Shown: piece by piece, positions 37,815 through 39,185 of the stretch
How the letters are laid out: each line of letters starts with the position of its first letter
Numbering within the stretch: position 1 is the first letter of the stretch
Virus genome (UHGV): UHGV-1491546
DNA: 39,185 bases
Direction: 5' to 3' (one strand)
Origin: a virus
The notes under the pieces: model-generated
Databases searched by the model: none
What the model saw: the letters and a program-made list of their open reading frames with translations, nothing else
Told to the model about the DNA's origin: nothing
Made by a program: the position numbers and the translations under genes

Positions 37815-38969
37815 TTATTCATTTTCATCAAGCCAGTCCGCCCACCACTGCATCATTTCTCTGCGCTTGTCTAGATACTGAGCATGGTTATAAATCCCAC
37901 GCACAGATCCGCCGTTGGCGTGTGACAGTTGCACTTCAATAGCGTCAGCAGGCCATTCGTGCTCGTTCATAATCGTGCTGAATTCATGCCTGAATCCGTG
38001 ACCGCTTTCCAGACCCTCATAGCCGATTCGTTTGATCACAAGTAATACCGCGTTCTCGCAGATTGGCTTCTTCTTATCGTTGCGCCCGGCAAAAACAAAC
38101 TCTGATACTGGTTTGGTGATTGAGCTTAGCGTAGTGAGAAGTTCAACCACCTGGTCTGACATAGGAACAACATGAATCTTGCGGCCCTTCATCACACTGG
38201 CGTCGATAGTGATAATCCTGTTTTCAAAATCGACGTTCTTCCATTGCATTGAACGAAGCTCTTTCGTTCTTAGGGCTGTGTAGCGTAAAACTTTGGTCGC
38301 AATGAGCGATACGATGCTTCCTGAAAATGTTGCCAGTGCTTTGTTGAATGCAGGGATCTGGTCTGCAGGAAGAAACGGGAAGTTCTTCTTGCGGTATCCC
38401 TTCATGGCGTCAGCAAGGTCAGGTGCCGGGTTATATTTAGCCCTACCAGTGACAATAGCGTAACGGAAAACCTCGCCGCATCTTCTGCGTGCTTTGTTGG
38501 CTCGCTCCATTGCACCGCGATCTTCAAATCTGCGGATTACTTCCAGCAGTTGCATCGGCTCAATATCCTGAATTTCAAGGCCGCCGATGATGGGTAAAAT
38601 GTCGTCATCAAACATTTTGGCAAGTTCAGTTGCATAGCCTACTGACCAGACTTGCTTCTTGTGCTCGTACCATTCCTTGTAAATCGCACTAAAGGAATTG
38701 TTGTTAGACGAAGCCTTTTTCGCTTTTACCGGATCGATGCCAACCGAGATGTCTTTCCTCGCGGTCCATGCTTTATCCCTTGCCTCCTGCAAAGTCATAA
38801 GCGGATATTTTCCGACGGTCAGGATTTTCTCCTTACCGTCAATCTTGTAGCGAAGCTGCCATACCTTTTTCCCGGATACAGGAACATAAAGGTACAGGCC
38901 ATTACCATCGAGAAGGCGGTATGGTTTTTCTTTCGGCTTTGCTGCTTCAATCTGCTTAACGGTGAGCAT
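37815..38969 (-). CDS. int: tyrosine integrase, P4/IntS family
   Basis: From ATG 38967-38969: MLTVKQIEAAKPKEKPYRLLDGNGLYLYVPVSGKKVWQLRY... matches recalled E. coli IntS (argW-specific, P4-type); catalytic R..H..R..Y region present; track ORF starts at GTG 39005. Confidence 0.85.
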   Translation of the reverse strand: MLTVKQIEAAKPKEKPYRLLDGNGLYLYVPVSGKKVWQLRYKIDGKEKILTVGKYPLMTLQEARDKAWTARKDISVGIDPVKAKKASSNNNSFSAIYKEWYEHKKQVWSVGYATELAKMFDDDILPIIGGLEIQDIEPMQLLEVIRRFEDRGAMERANKARRRCGEVFRYAIVTGRAKYNPAPDLADAMKGYRKKNFPFLPADQIPAFNKALATFSGSIVSLIATKVLRYTALRTKELRSMQWKNVDFENRIITIDASVMKGRKIHVVPMSDQVVELLTTLSSITKPVSEFVFAGRNDKKKPICENAVLLVIKRIGYEGLESGHGFRHEFSTIMNEHEWPADAIEVQLSHANGGSVRGIYNHAQYLDKRREMMQWWADWLDENE

Positions 38970-39130
38970 GGGTAAAAATCCGGTGGGTAAAATTATTTTA
39001 TCCACTTTTTACCCGTCATGGAGTGCGGCTGTCAACGATCTGAAGCGAACCATGACGAACTGTGAATCTACGGAAGGCTTGATATTCAGGGGATTTTGCG
39101 GACTGGTACGGATGGGAGCGAACTGATAAA

Positions 39131-39185
39131 TGGTGTCCCCTGCAGGAATCGAACCTGCAATTAGCCCTTAGGAGGGGCTCGTTAT
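39131..39185 (-). tRNA. argW: tRNA-Arg(CCU) (argW-like), 3-prime 55 nt only; attachment core region
   Basis: Reverse complement ATAACGAGCCCCTCCTAAGGGCTAATTGCAGGTTCGATTCCTGCAGGGGACACCA shows anticodon loop CU-CCU-AA, T-arm GGTTCGATTCC and 3-prime CCA; 5-prime part beyond window end. Confidence 0.75.

Overview
The window is almost entirely one temperate P22-like (lambdoid podovirus) phage or prophage genome, laid out in canonical order; no CRISPR array, rRNA, internal tRNA or transposase was seen. Calls rest on reading the sequence and on recalled protein families; no database search was run, so homology statements are recollection, not computed hits. Minus-strand early-left genes (1-7300) include erf, an SSB-like protein, kil-like, cIII and an N-type antiterminator, plus many uncharacterised small ORFs. 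The immunity region (7560-9620) has OL/pL, nutL, a membrane protein directly downstream of cI, cI, OR/pR, cro, nutR and cII. Replication and nin genes follow (9650-15830: O-like with internal ori iterons, DnaB-type helicase, ninB/E/F/H, Rha-like, YbcO-like, rusA, Q), then pR-prime and a lambda-type lysis cassette (S, R, Rz/Rz1). The P22-type morphogenesis module runs 19540-33370 (terS, terL, portal, scaffold, coat, gp4/10/26/14/7/20/16), followed by immI (mnt-arc-ant), a tailspike with a P22-like N-terminus, and an IntS/P4-type integrase abutting the 3-prime part of a tRNA-Arg(CCU) gene at the window end. The most interesting unexplained content is a GC-rich ORF-free element with an Ldr-like hydrophobic peptide in the pL leader, the membrane protein in the rex-equivalent slot, a divergent membrane-protein/lipoprotein pair in the sieA slot, a gene bracketed by 40-bp direct repeats in early-left, and a self-terminated moron between Q and the holin.
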